64,000 nt of DNA, from positions 1,856,001 through 1,920,000 of the forward strand of contig CAXXHO010000003.1 of the NCBI GenBank assembly GCA_963667725.2, given 5' to 3'. The stretch comes from Treponemataceae bacterium. GTDB taxonomy: Bacteria > Spirochaetota > Spirochaetia > Treponematales > Rectinemataceae. Within the stretch, counting starts at the first letter, position 1. Every line of letters starts with the position of its first letter. The notes beneath the pieces are model-generated. The model worked only from the letters and a program-made list of their open reading frames with translations. It ran no database searches and was not told the origin of the DNA. A program made the translations under genes and the position numbers. Shown piece after piece: positions 27,318 to 37,015 of the stretch.

Positions 27318-29180
27318 TCAGTTTCGGGGAACGACCGCGACGCCGATGGCGCCGAGCCAAGCGATCGATGAGAGCAGCGGCCCCATGTCCGACACGAAAA
27401 TCTCGGCTTTGGCGCTTGCCTGAGACTTGCAGAGGTAGGCCAGTTTTTCGGCCTCCTCCTTCGCCGCCACATGTACGATATGGATGGACCAGGCCGCGTC
27501 CGACGAAATCTGTCGGCGGATTCTGGAGAACAGCGCCGAAACGGCGTTTTTCTCGCCTACATAGAGCCCTTTCGTCACCGCTTTTCCCTTCGTATCCGTT
27601 CCCAGCAGGGGTTTCAGGCCGAATTTCCTCAAGACGAGGCTTTTGATTCCATGCAGCCGTCCCGAACGGATGAGGCTCGAGAGGTCCCGCACGGCCACGA
27701 AGAGGGCGAGTTCCTCGCGTTTCTTCTCGAGTTCGACCCGAATTTCCTCTGCCGAAGCCCCCAATTCCGCCCGCTCTACCGCCAAGGCAGTCAGGACTCC
27801 GGCTCCGGCGGTGATCGTCTTCGAATCGACGCAGCGAACTTTGCCGCCAAAGCTTTCCGCGGCTTTTTCTCCCGCCTGGAAGGTGCCGGAAAGGGCCGAG
27901 GTAAGGCCGATATAGAGCGCTTCGTCAGCCTGGGAAAGCGCGAGGGTAAAAGCTCGGACAAAGGCGGATTCCACCGGCTGGCTTGTCGACATCGAGAAGC
28001 CGGGATCATCGGTCATCCTCGAATGGATGCTCTCCAGCTCCATGGCCGCGCCGTCAGGCCTCGTGATTCCGCCAATCGTGATCAGGGCGGGCACTTTGAT
28101 GATTCCATGCTCGAGCATGTAGTCGGCCGGCAGATCGCAGCCCGTGTCCACGACGATGGCGCATGGCCTTTTAGCCGCTCTCGCGGAGCGGACGACAAGC
28201 CTGCGCTGGAGTTCCATATCGTCCACTTTATGCTGTTCCACCCTGCCCGCCGACTCGAGCAGGTCGAATACGGCCGAGGGTCTGTCGCTATGCACGTGAA
28301 CCCTGGCCATTTCCTCGTCGCCCGCGACGACAATGCTGTTTCCCAGACCGGAAAGCCTCTCTCGGATCGACTCAAGGGGGACGGAAACATCGCGCAGCAA
28401 GGCCTCAGTGCAGTATCGAGGTCCTTCGGGGTCGCCCGAATCATCGATGCCGCCCGCGTTCACGGAAAACGCTGCTTCGGCGGGGATTTCGGCCTGAAGG
28501 CCGGCCTGCGTTCGGCTCGCGCGGCCCGGCCTGCCCAGAACTGCTCGCGATCGCGGCCTCATGCCGGGTTTCAGCAGTTCGGCCACGCCGTCGAGCAGGT
28601 GGATGAAGCCCTTGGCTCCGGCGTCCACGACGCCGGCCCTGCGCATTTCGGGCAGGAAGCCGCGCGTCCGCTCGAGAGAAGCTTTCGCCGCGTCGAGGCT
28701 TGAGTGGAAAACCTGGAAAATATCGTCGCAATGAGTCGCCGAATCGTGGAGGGCCTGGGCCCAATCGTGGAGCACGGTGAGGATCGTTCCTTCGCGGGGG
28801 CTGGTAAGGGCGGCTCTGGTCTTCTCGGCCGCGATGACGGCGCCCTGGGCCAATCGCTTGGCCCCGATCCTGGCTTCCGAACCCAGTTCGTGGGCAAGGC
28901 TCTGAAGAAACTGCGCCAGGATGGCGCCTGAATTTCCCCTGGCTCCCTCGAGGGCCGAACGCGCGGCCTGCCTGAGTACGCTGCCCGCGTCCCTGTGAAG
29001 CGCCGATCTCAGGGAAGCGGCGATCGAACGCATGGTGCTGGCCATGTTGGTGCCCGTGTCTCCGTCGGGCACGGGGAATACATTGATCGCGTTGAGGTTT
29101 TCGGCGTTGGATATTATGGACTGCGACCCCGCCAGGAAAGCCGTGCGCAGCCTGGCTCCGTCAATATAAGCTATTTTCAT
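27318..29180 (-). CDS. DAK2 (FakA-like)-DegV (FakB-like) fusion, fatty acid kinase
   Basis: LNAINVFPVPDGDTGTNM, ARGNSG, EGTILTV, VDAGA, HVH; DegV motifs TSQP, LSGT, DS, RSGR. Confidence 0.88.
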   Translation of the reverse strand: MKIAYIDGARLRTAFLAGSQSIISNAENLNAINVFPVPDGDTGTNMASTMRSIAASLRSALHRDAGSVLRQAARSALEGARGNSGAILAQFLQSLAHELGSEARIGAKRLAQGAVIAAEKTRAALTSPREGTILTVLHDWAQALHDSATHCDDIFQVFHSSLDAAKASLERTRGFLPEMRRAGVVDAGAKGFIHLLDGVAELLKPGMRPRSRAVLGRPGRASRTQAGLQAEIPAEAAFSVNAGGIDDSGDPEGPRYCTEALLRDVSVPLESIRERLSGLGNSIVVAGDEEMARVHVHSDRPSAVFDLLESAGRVEQHKVDDMELQRRLVVRSARAAKRPCAIVVDTGCDLPADYMLEHGIIKVPALITIGGITRPDGAAMELESIHSRMTDDPGFSMSTSQPVESAFVRAFTLALSQADEALYIGLTSALSGTFQAGEKAAESFGGKVRCVDSKTITAGAGVLTALAVERAELGASAEEIRVELEKKREELALFVAVRDLSSLIRSGRLHGIKSLVLRKFGLKPLLGTDTKGKAVTKGLYVGEKNAVSALFSRIRRQISSDAAWSIHIVHVAAKEEAEKLAYLCKSQASAKAEIFVSDMGPLLSSIAWLGAIGVAVVPRN

Positions 29181-29237
29181 CTCACTTATACATTATTGCA
29201 ATTTTTGTCAAAGAGCAAGACGGGGCGGGAACCAGGC

Positions 29238-29891
29238 TCAACGCCTGCGGCGCAGAAACTTCAGCTTGTCGAAGGATTTTTCTTTCCCTTTCAGAATGCG
29301 TCCGATGTTCGCCCTGTGGGTAAAGACGACAAAGGCGGCCAGGATGACCGAAAAACCCAGAAACCATGGGGAGGGAGGAGATCCCGCCGCGCCCAGGGCC
29401 ACAGCCGCGGGCAGGATGAGGGCGGCGGCGAGGGAGCTGGCCGAAACGATGCCAGTCGCGCCCAGGACGAGGAGAAAGCCGGCCGCCGAATACAGCGCCG
29501 CGCCCGGGGCGATGGCGAGGATGGCGCCCGCGCCCGTCGCCACGCCCTTACCGCCCCTGAATCCCGCGAATACCGGGTATACGTGACCCAGGATGGCAAA
29601 GAGGGCGCCGGCGATTTTTAAAGCTATCAAAGGGATGAGAGAGTCGCTTGAAGCCGAGCCCAGCGCCGAGCAGAGGGCGACAGCCAGGGCGCCCTTGGCC
29701 AGGTCCACGGCGCTGACCGCTATGCCCGCCGCCGCGCCGAACTGCCTGAAAATATTGGTGGCCCCGGTGGCGCCGCTTCCGCCATCCCTCGGATCTTTAT
29801 GGAAGAACAGCTTTCCGACGATGACGCCCGTCGGGAAAGATCCGAGGAGATAGGCGGACAGAAGTCCCAGGGCGAGCTTCACGATACTCAT
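29238..29891 (-). CDS. plsY: Glycerol-3-phosphate acyltransferase (acyl-phosphate dependent)
   Basis: YLLGSFP, GSG.TGATN..R, DLAKG, GH.YP...FRGGKGVAT, HRANI.R. Confidence 0.93.
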   Translation of the reverse strand: MSIVKLALGLLSAYLLGSFPTGVIVGKLFFHKDPRDGGSGATGATNIFRQFGAAAGIAVSAVDLAKGALAVALCSALGSASSDSLIPLIALKIAGALFAILGHVYPVFAGFRGGKGVATGAGAILAIAPGAALYSAAGFLLVLGATGIVSASSLAAALILPAAVALGAAGSPPSPWFLGFSVILAAFVVFTHRANIGRILKGKEKSFDKLKFLRRRR

Positions 29892-29941
29892 AACGGTACG
29901 ATAAGAGTTTTCATGCGGGAAAACAAGATTGAGCGGACGAC

Positions 29942-29976
29942 AAAAAAAGAGCGGCCCTATGCGCGGCCGCCCTTTT
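29942..29976 (-). terminator. Terminator after the 5'-nucleotidase gene
   Basis: GGGCGGCC..GGCCGCTC followed by T7 on the minus strand. Confidence 0.75.
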
Positions 29977-30027
29977 CCGTGAACCGGAATCCTGTCGTTT
30001 TCGACCGATTCCTGCTTTCCCAGAAAT

Positions 30028-31545
30028 TTATTTTTTATAGATGAGATTGTCAGCCGTAATGGTGCCGAGATGCTGGGCATACTTCTGGAAAACCTCGGCG
30101 TCGGAGGGGAAATCGTTCTGCGCCTTGCCGATCAGCATGCGGTAATCGTCTCCGCCGTTGAACTCGAAATTCAGCGTCGCGAAGAGGTAGTCCTTATTCG
30201 GGTCTACGGGCTGGCCGCCGACGAGGATATTGGAAATTCTCTCTCCCGCGGGTTTGGTCACGTCGAGCGTGTAGCTCCAGCCTGCCAGGTGAGGGAAACG
30301 TCCGTCGGGAGCCGGCAGCTTGCCGACGCCGTTTTCGAGGACGGCTTTGAGCTCGGAACCCTTGAGTTTTCCGGTCTGGATATAGTTACCGAAGGGCATG
30401 ACGGTGTAGATCTGTTTCAGGGTGATGTCGCCGGCGGGAATGGAATCGCGGATGCCGCCGCCGTTCATGAGGGCGATATCGGCGCCCGTCACATAGAGTA
30501 TTCCGTTGGCGATGAGGGTGCCGAGGTTGGACTGCTGGGTGCGGACGATCTCGCGTTTGCCTTCGAGCGCCACGGTGGTCTTTCCGACGACCTGCAGAAG
30601 CACGGAATCCTGAGCCTTGGCCAGGGAGGTGACCATGGCGCCGATCTGCGCGTCGCCCTTCAGCTCGGGCGAATTCGCGACGGTGATGGTCCGGGCGGTC
30701 TTGGACTGCACCGCGCCGTCGACGACGACAAGCTCCACGACGCCGAGGCCGGTGCCGTAAGAACCGGTGCTGGCGATGAGGGTTTCGGTCGTGTTTTCTT
30801 TCTGAAGCGTCTCGAGGGTGGTGTGGCTGTGGCCGTCGATGATGACATCGATGGCGGGGATGGCTTCGGCGATCTGCAGGGAAGTCGGATCCGAGGATTT
30901 GTCGGTGCCGATATGGGAGACGAGGACGAGGACATCATACTGTCCCGAGAGCTCGATGGCCACGTTCGACGCTTCAACGATGGGATCGGTGAAGGTCACG
31001 CCCACCGTGTTCTTCGGGTCGGCCTTATAGACGGTCTCGGGAGTGGCGAGGCCAAAAAAAGCGATCCGGACACCCTGGACGTTCTCGATGATGTAGGGAG
31101 TGAAGGCCCTTTTGCCGTCTTTCCAGACGTTGGCCGCGAGAATATCGAATGCCGCCTTTTTCTCAAGCTGCAGCAGGCGGTCGAAACCATAATTGTAATC
31201 GTGGTTTCCGGTGGTCATGCAGAAATAGCCGATGGCGTTCATGAGTTTCACGACGCTCTCGCCCTGGTCGATATTGGCGATGGGCAACCCATGGAAGGTG
31301 TCGCCGGCATCGATGAGGAAGGTGTTCGGGTTCTTGGCTTTGGCCGCCTGGTAAGCTGCCGCGATCCTGGAATAACCCAGTTCGGCCTTGCCCTCGACGA
31401 TGCGGGCATGCATGTCGTTGGTATGCATAAGCGTGATTTTCACTTCCTGCGGAACCTGATCGGAGACGACGGGAGCGGTTGCTATGAATGCCATCGTGAA
31501 CATGATAGCAAGCGAAAGCGCGATGCCGGCGATTTTTTTCATCAT
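30028..31545 (-). CDS. Secreted bifunctional metallophosphatase/5'-nucleotidase
   Basis: Signal peptide; HTNDMH, DAGD, GNHDY, SH.G, DGHSH, NGGGIR, PFGN, GGDDY. Confidence 0.92.
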   Translation of the reverse strand: MMKKIAGIALSLAIMFTMAFIATAPVVSDQVPQEVKITLMHTNDMHARIVEGKAELGYSRIAAAYQAAKAKNPNTFLIDAGDTFHGLPIANIDQGESVVKLMNAIGYFCMTTGNHDYNYGFDRLLQLEKKAAFDILAANVWKDGKRAFTPYIIENVQGVRIAFFGLATPETVYKADPKNTVGVTFTDPIVEASNVAIELSGQYDVLVLVSHIGTDKSSDPTSLQIAEAIPAIDVIIDGHSHTTLETLQKENTTETLIASTGSYGTGLGVVELVVVDGAVQSKTARTITVANSPELKGDAQIGAMVTSLAKAQDSVLLQVVGKTTVALEGKREIVRTQQSNLGTLIANGILYVTGADIALMNGGGIRDSIPAGDITLKQIYTVMPFGNYIQTGKLKGSELKAVLENGVGKLPAPDGRFPHLAGWSYTLDVTKPAGERISNILVGGQPVDPNKDYLFATLNFEFNGGDDYRMLIGKAQNDFPSDAEVFQKYAQHLGTITADNLIYKK

Positions 31546-31687
31546 CAGACCTCCTTGATAATGGGCTCGAATAATCGAACACAGGGCAAATTATATTCTC
31601 GTTTCATCCATCTAACAAGAAGAATCGCATGGCAATGGAAAGCTTGCTCTCTTTTCCAATGGGTACGATGCATATTATGATTCGCTC

Positions 31688-33850
31688 ATGCATTCATCAG
31701 CTCGCCCGGGTCGCGGCCTGGAGCTTTCTCGCGCGATTTCCGGACTCAAGGGGCTTTTTTCCCTCCTGCTTCTCCTCGCCCTGACAGCCCCACTGGCTCT
31801 GGCCCAGGCGGGACAGGATTCGGCCCAGGATTTCCTTATCGGAGGGCAGGCAGGGCTCTATCGCGGGACATTCAATCGGAATAAGGCGGAAACCCGCATA
31901 GTCTGGGACGAAGACTCGGTGAACTCCATCATTCCCTCCGAAGGTGGCTGGTATTTTATCGGTTCGAAGGGAATTACCTACAGCGCCGACCTGCGCGCCT
32001 TCGAAAACCGCTCGGCCGGTTTGCCGATGAAGGTTCTGAAGATTTTTGAAGGCAATGCTTTCAGATTGTCCCGGGAAACCGTCGAAATAAAGTCTCTGGC
32101 CGTCGACCCGGCTCAGCCCAACCGTCTCGCCCTCTGCACGGGCACGGAAATCTGGTACAGCGAAACCTACGGGAAATCCTGGGTTTCCCTGGGCAGTCCC
32201 TCGCTGATACAGGGCCTTAAAGCCGTATCCTTCGGCCCCTGGCAGGGGGCAGCTCAGCATGTCGTCTGGGTTTCCCATTCCATCAAAGGCTTGTTCGCCA
32301 GGGACGTGAACGGGAAAAACGGCTGGGTCGGCGTCTCTTCGGGCTTGCCGAAGGTTTTCGGAAGCAATATCGAGGAAGTATCGAGTTTTGCCCTCGTTCC
32401 GGCAGGGAAGCCATCGGGAGCCTCTTCCAATAGTTCCGCCTGGAACCTCGTCGCCGGCTTGAGCTTCCTGGGAAAAATCTTCCAATGGGATCAGGCCCAG
32501 AAGACCTTCTCCGAACGCTATTCCGACATCAAGGATTTCGGCGGCGTGGAATCCCTCGTTCCGGCGGGACAGGATTCGGGTTTCGCGATTTCGAACGGCG
32601 TCGTCGGCAGATTCCTGCTAGCGCCAGGCAATGGCAGGATAATTCTGAAGCCCGACGAAGGGCTTACCCAGGCCTCGAAGTCGATCGCTGAAGCCATTCG
32701 TTCTCGGCACGACGATTCGGCGCTCTGCCTGGCCTGGCTGCCCGAAATCGACAAGGCCAATCCCTCCAAGAGGCCACTTCCCATCGCGATCGGCGAGCTC
32801 TGGCAGCTATCCAGGGGCGATCCAGGGCTTTCCGCCGCCGCGTTGGGGCGCAGGCAGCTGGCCGACGGCAAAAACGGCATCTATCTTCAGACCGGTTTCG
32901 TCATCAATCCCGAGACCAGAGCCAAGTATTTCGGCCTCATCAAATCGCTGGGACTCAACAGCCTCGTCGTCGACATGAAGGATGATTACGGCCGCTTTCG
33001 CTTCGCTCCCCGCGAGGCCTTCCTTCAGGGGATGGACAGGACAGGCGAAATCCTGGATATCGAGTCCTTTGCCGCCGAAGCGAAGGCTCAAGGCATCTAT
33101 CTCATAGCGAGAATCGTGGTATTCAAGGACGAAGCGCTCCATAAATGGAAGGGCGGCGCCCTCGCCATTCGCGATTCGGTTTCGGGCGGCCCGTGGCAGG
33201 GCATAAAGGCGGACAGCCAGCCTATAGAAGAATACTGGGTCGATCCCTATTCGACCGACGTATGGCAATACAATGTGGAAATAGCCAAGGAAGTGACGGC
33301 GCGCGGTTTCGACGAAGTCCAGTTCGACTATATACGTTTCCCGACCGATGGCGAGAATCTGGACAAAGCCAGATTTCCCAACCAGGAAACGGGCATGACG
33401 CAGGACTCGGCGCTGGAATCTTTTCTGCGTTTCGCGCGGGAATCGCTCGACGTACCGATTGGCGTCGATATCTATGGAGCCAATGGCTGGTACCGCTCGG
33501 GCACGAGGACCGGTCAGGATGTCGAAATGCTTTCCAATTACGTGGATATCATCAGTCCTATGCTCTATCCCTCTCATTTCGAGCAGGCCTTTCTGGCTCA
33601 GGCCCCCGCTGAATTGAGACCGTACAGGATCTACAAACTTGGCACGCTGCGCAATCTGGCCATAGCGCGCGACAAGGCCATCGTGCGTCCCTACGTCCAG
33701 GCCTTCTACCTCAATGTCAGTTACGACAAGACCTATTACGGTCCGAGTTATGTCGTAGAGGAAGTGGAAGGCGTATTGGATGGGGCGAACCAGGGCATGA
33801 CCTTCTGGAACAATTCGGGACGATACGCTGATCTGCCTATCCTGCGCTGA
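31688..33850 (+). CDS. Secreted putative glycoside hydrolase (DUF4015-type TIM barrel) with N-terminal propeller-like region
   Basis: Signal peptide; Asp-box SETYGKSW; VVDMKDD.G, IARIVVFKD, GFDEVQFDYIRFP, SPMLYPSH, RPYVQAF. Confidence 0.8.
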   Translation: MHSSARPGRGLELSRAISGLKGLFSLLLLLALTAPLALAQAGQDSAQDFLIGGQAGLYRGTFNRNKAETRIVWDEDSVNSIIPSEGGWYFIGSKGITYSADLRAFENRSAGLPMKVLKIFEGNAFRLSRETVEIKSLAVDPAQPNRLALCTGTEIWYSETYGKSWVSLGSPSLIQGLKAVSFGPWQGAAQHVVWVSHSIKGLFARDVNGKNGWVGVSSGLPKVFGSNIEEVSSFALVPAGKPSGASSNSSAWNLVAGLSFLGKIFQWDQAQKTFSERYSDIKDFGGVESLVPAGQDSGFAISNGVVGRFLLAPGNGRIILKPDEGLTQASKSIAEAIRSRHDDSALCLAWLPEIDKANPSKRPLPIAIGELWQLSRGDPGLSAAALGRRQLADGKNGIYLQTGFVINPETRAKYFGLIKSLGLNSLVVDMKDDYGRFRFAPREAFLQGMDRTGEILDIESFAAEAKAQGIYLIARIVVFKDEALHKWKGGALAIRDSVSGGPWQGIKADSQPIEEYWVDPYSTDVWQYNVEIAKEVTARGFDEVQFDYIRFPTDGENLDKARFPNQETGMTQDSALESFLRFARESLDVPIGVDIYGANGWYRSGTRTGQDVEMLSNYVDIISPMLYPSHFEQAFLAQAPAELRPYRIYKLGTLRNLAIARDKAIVRPYVQAFYLNVSYDKTYYGPSYVVEEVEGVLDGANQGMTFWNNSGRYADLPILR

Positions 33851-33962
33851 AATGCCCGCATCAGACGAGCTGAAGTCACGGCGTTTGTGACAGAGGGGGA
33901 AGCTGGAGCAGGCGCGACTATTGTCACTTTTCTTTTTGGGTGAAGTAGCATACTCTTGTCAT

Positions 33963-35281
33963 ATGTCACATATGTGGAAAGAAGGCCAGCTCTCGCCCGC
34001 GCAGAAACGCGCGCTCGTCTGGGCGACCGCGGCCATAGCGGCCTGTTTGGCCATGAATGCCTATCATTATTCCCTAGAAGGCGCAAAGGGACTCTATATC
34101 TGGAACAGGACGGGCATGTTCCGCGCGCTCATTCTCATGGGCTTTATTCCCGCCACAGTCGCCCTCCTTTCGTTTCCCCTCGAAAAACTCAGGAACAAGG
34201 GCGCTTCCAGGCTATTCCGCGGATTCTCCATCGCCCTTTCGCTTATAGTAATCGTAGCGTCGGTCGGCATCGGCGCGATGCTCATCGCAGGCCCGAGGCT
34301 CGGCACCCTGGAGCCGGCGCGCCTCAATCTCATCAACCCCATCGACGGCATAAAGCCCCGGCAGGCGGTTAAAACGGCCTTCCAGTCGGGCAGCGCGCCG
34401 GCGGCTCCTTCAGGTTTCCCCTCCGTCGCCTCCTCCGCTCTCCTCGCTGCTCCGACAGACCCGACGCAGCCTCTCCTGCGCCTCAGCTTTTCCTCCGACC
34501 CTCACTGGGGAATCGATACGTCCAACGGCAGGGCCAGGACGGACATCCTCGCGAACATAGCCGAGAACAAGCCCGACGCCTTTTCATGCTGGGCGATACG
34601 GTGGAAACCGGCTCAAAATCGATGATGTGGAACTTCGCCCTCTCCGATCTTGAAGCCATACTACCCAAAATCCCCCTGCGCCCCCTCATGGGCAACCACG
34701 ACGCCTTGCTGGGCGGACAGTATCTCTTCAGGAAAGCTTTTTTTCCGGCCGCTTTCAAGAGCGATTCTGGTTCTCCCTATTACTATTCCATAGACGCCCA
34801 GGCCGCCCGGATCATCGTTCTCGACCTCCCCTGGGGCACGGAAAACTTCAACAGAAAACAGAAGGCATGGTTCGAAGGCGTCCTCAAGGAAACCGACAGG
34901 ACGAAACCGGTCATCGTGCTCAGCCACAGCTATTTCTACGCTTCGGGCTACGACGACCCCTCTTACGACAAACCTTGGTACGATCATTACCAGAATATCC
35001 CTGCCGTGACGCCCCTGTTTGAACAGTACGACGTGGATCTCGTGATTTCCGGGCATAATCACTACCAGGAATATCTCGAACACGAAGGCGTACGCTACGC
35101 GATAATCGGAAGCATGGGCGGCATCAGCGACCCTCAGCCTAAGTATTTTTCACCCGCTTCCAAGTGGATGGCTGTAGCGACGAACGGCTGGCTCGATGTG
35201 GATATTTTTCCCGCCGAAGTCGTCCTTTCGTTCAGGAACGAACAAGGCGAGCTGCTCCACGAAGAGCGTTTCGGGTACTGA
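33963..35281 (+). pseudogene. Membrane-anchored calcineurin-like metallophosphoesterase split by a 1-nt frameshift
   Basis: The first frame has 3 TM helices and SSDPH; the second has MLGD, GNHD, SH, SGHNH. One extra T at 34581-34584 would give ..KPDAFFMLGD.. Confidence 0.75.
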
Positions 35282-35397
35282 GCGAGGGCCTCTCAGCTTC
35301 AGGCACCGGCGCGGCGAATAACCCTTCTACCTCAACACTCCCCGGTCTCGGCGCCAGCCCCAGCCGCCGGCGCGGATAAAAAGCAGTAAATAAAAAC

Positions 35398-35452
35398 TTG
35401 ACAGTTTAAATATGTAGTGTAATAATACTACCTAGTTTGTTATATTACTACT
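35398..35452 (+). promoter_or_regulatory. TRAP operon promoter with two RpiR/HexR-like operators
   Basis: TTGACA at 35398; TGTAATAATACTACC (35418-35432) and TGTTATATTACTACT (35438-35452). Confidence 0.65.
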
Positions 35453-35468
35453 TTTTCAGGAGGCACTC

Positions 35469-36455
35469 ATGACTCGTAAATCTTTGCTGGTCGCGATGAT
35501 GATCATGCTGACCTTGTCCTTCGCGAGCGCGCAGGCGGGCAAAATCGTGATCAAGGTGGGCTATGGAACCGCGGGCGGACCTATCCACGAAGGCGCCCTG
35601 GAATTCGAGAAACGCATCGAAAAGGCCAATCCGAACGTCGATGTCCAGGTCTTCCCGGGCGGACAGCTCGGTTCCGAAGGCGAGATTGTCGGTCAGCTCC
35701 AGGCCGGAATCACCGATCTTCTTCCCACGACCACCGGTCCCCTAGGCCAGCTTGATTCGGCTTTTTACGTTCTGGAAACGCCCTTTGTGTTCCTGAGCGA
35801 AGAGCAGGCGGATAAAGTGCTCGACGGTCCTGTCGGCGAAAAAATCCTCAAGGTTCTCGAGCCCAAAGGCCTTGTCGGTCTCGCGTTCTGGGAAAACGGA
35901 TTCCGCGAGATAACGAATAACGTCAGGCCCATCAGAGCCCCCGCCGATCTCAAGGGTCTCAAGATGCGAACTCAGCAGAACAGACTCCATATCAAGTATT
36001 TCACCGACCTCGGCGCGAGCCCCACGCCCTTGGCCTTTACCGAAATCTACAACGCTCTCGCGACGAAGGTAGTCGACGGACAGGAGAACCCCTACTCCCT
36101 CATCGCCACCAATAAGTTCTACGAGCAGCAGAAATACGTATCCCAGACCGACCATGTCTATTCGGCCGTACCCGTGTATTATTCGAAGGTCAAATGGAAC
36201 AAGCTTCCCGCCGATGTGCAGAAACTCGTCAAGGACACAATTTACGACCTCAGGCTTTGGCAGCGCCAGCGCGGTCGCGAGATGCAGAAAGACTATGTGG
36301 CCGAGATCGGCAAAAAATCCCAGGTAGCCATCCTCACCATCGCCGAGAAGTCTGAATTCCAGAAGGCCGCCGCCCCCGCCTATGCTTGGGCGAAGAAAGA
36401 ATTCGGCAAATCTTACGAGAAACTCCTCGATGAGGTGCTGGAAGCGGCAAAATAG
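35469..36455 (+). CDS. dctP: TRAP transporter substrate-binding protein
   Basis: Signal peptide; FPGGQLG, ENGFR, DLKGLKMR, VDGQENP. Confidence 0.93.
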   Translation: MTRKSLLVAMMIMLTLSFASAQAGKIVIKVGYGTAGGPIHEGALEFEKRIEKANPNVDVQVFPGGQLGSEGEIVGQLQAGITDLLPTTTGPLGQLDSAFYVLETPFVFLSEEQADKVLDGPVGEKILKVLEPKGLVGLAFWENGFREITNNVRPIRAPADLKGLKMRTQQNRLHIKYFTDLGASPTPLAFTEIYNALATKVVDGQENPYSLIATNKFYEQQKYVSQTDHVYSAVPVYYSKVKWNKLPADVQKLVKDTIYDLRLWQRQRGREMQKDYVAEIGKKSQVAILTIAEKSEFQKAAAPAYAWAKKEFGKSYEKLLDEVLEAAK

Positions 36456-36478
36456 TAAAGTTCCCATTTCTATCCCAG

Positions 36479-36508
36479 GCGCCGGTTTTCCAAGCCGGCG
36501 CTTTGTTT
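36479..36508 (+). terminator. Hairpin after dctP (mRNA stabiliser or partial terminator)
   Basis: GCGCCGG-N9-CCGGCGC followed by TTTGTTT. Confidence 0.55.
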
Positions 36509-36520
36509 CAGGAGAAGTTC

Positions 36521-37015
36521 ATGTCAGATACGCAGAAAAAGGGTTGGCTTTCACTAGGGAAAATCGAGATGGGAGTGCTTTCCGCGCTGGGCATAGCCGC
36601 CACCCTCATCATGTTCGTCAACGCGGCGTCCCGCTATCTTTTTAAAACCACCTTCGTCTGGGCGGAAGAAGTAATACGCATACTCTTCGTCTGGTCGATG
36701 TTCATCGCCGTGACCACCTCGTTCCTGCGGAATGATCACATCGGCTTTGATGGATTCGCGAAAAAGAAAGGTTTGCCGAATCTCATCTATAGACTCGTCT
36801 ATGCGCTTTCGCTTATTGGGGTCGGGGGGATCCTCTGCGTATACGGCTTCAAGTACAACGGCTTTACCGGTTCCGTGCCCCTGTCCGGAACCAATCTACC
36901 CACCGCCGTCCTGATGCTGCCAGGTATCATCGCCGGCGCCGTATGGGTTTTGCTGGGTCTATGGAAAATGGCGAAGATTTTCACCGGTCCTAATAACGGA
37001 GAGAACGCCAAATGA
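36521..37015 (+). CDS. dctQ: TRAP small permease
   Basis: RYLF....WAEE..R.LFVW, HI..D; 4 TM helices. Confidence 0.9.
   Translation: MSDTQKKGWLSLGKIEMGVLSALGIAATLIMFVNAASRYLFKTTFVWAEEVIRILFVWSMFIAVTTSFLRNDHIGFDGFAKKKGLPNLIYRLVYALSLIGVGGILCVYGFKYNGFTGSVPLSGTNLPTAVLMLPGIIAGAVWVLLGLWKMAKIFTGPNNGENAK

Noticed and set aside
30070..31680. Long antisense ORFs (also 8355-9470, 9504-10541, 12265-13833, 26044-27360, 27471-28703, 58719-60227)
   Set aside because: They are shadow frames of well-supported genes in GC-rich DNA and carry no recognisable motifs.
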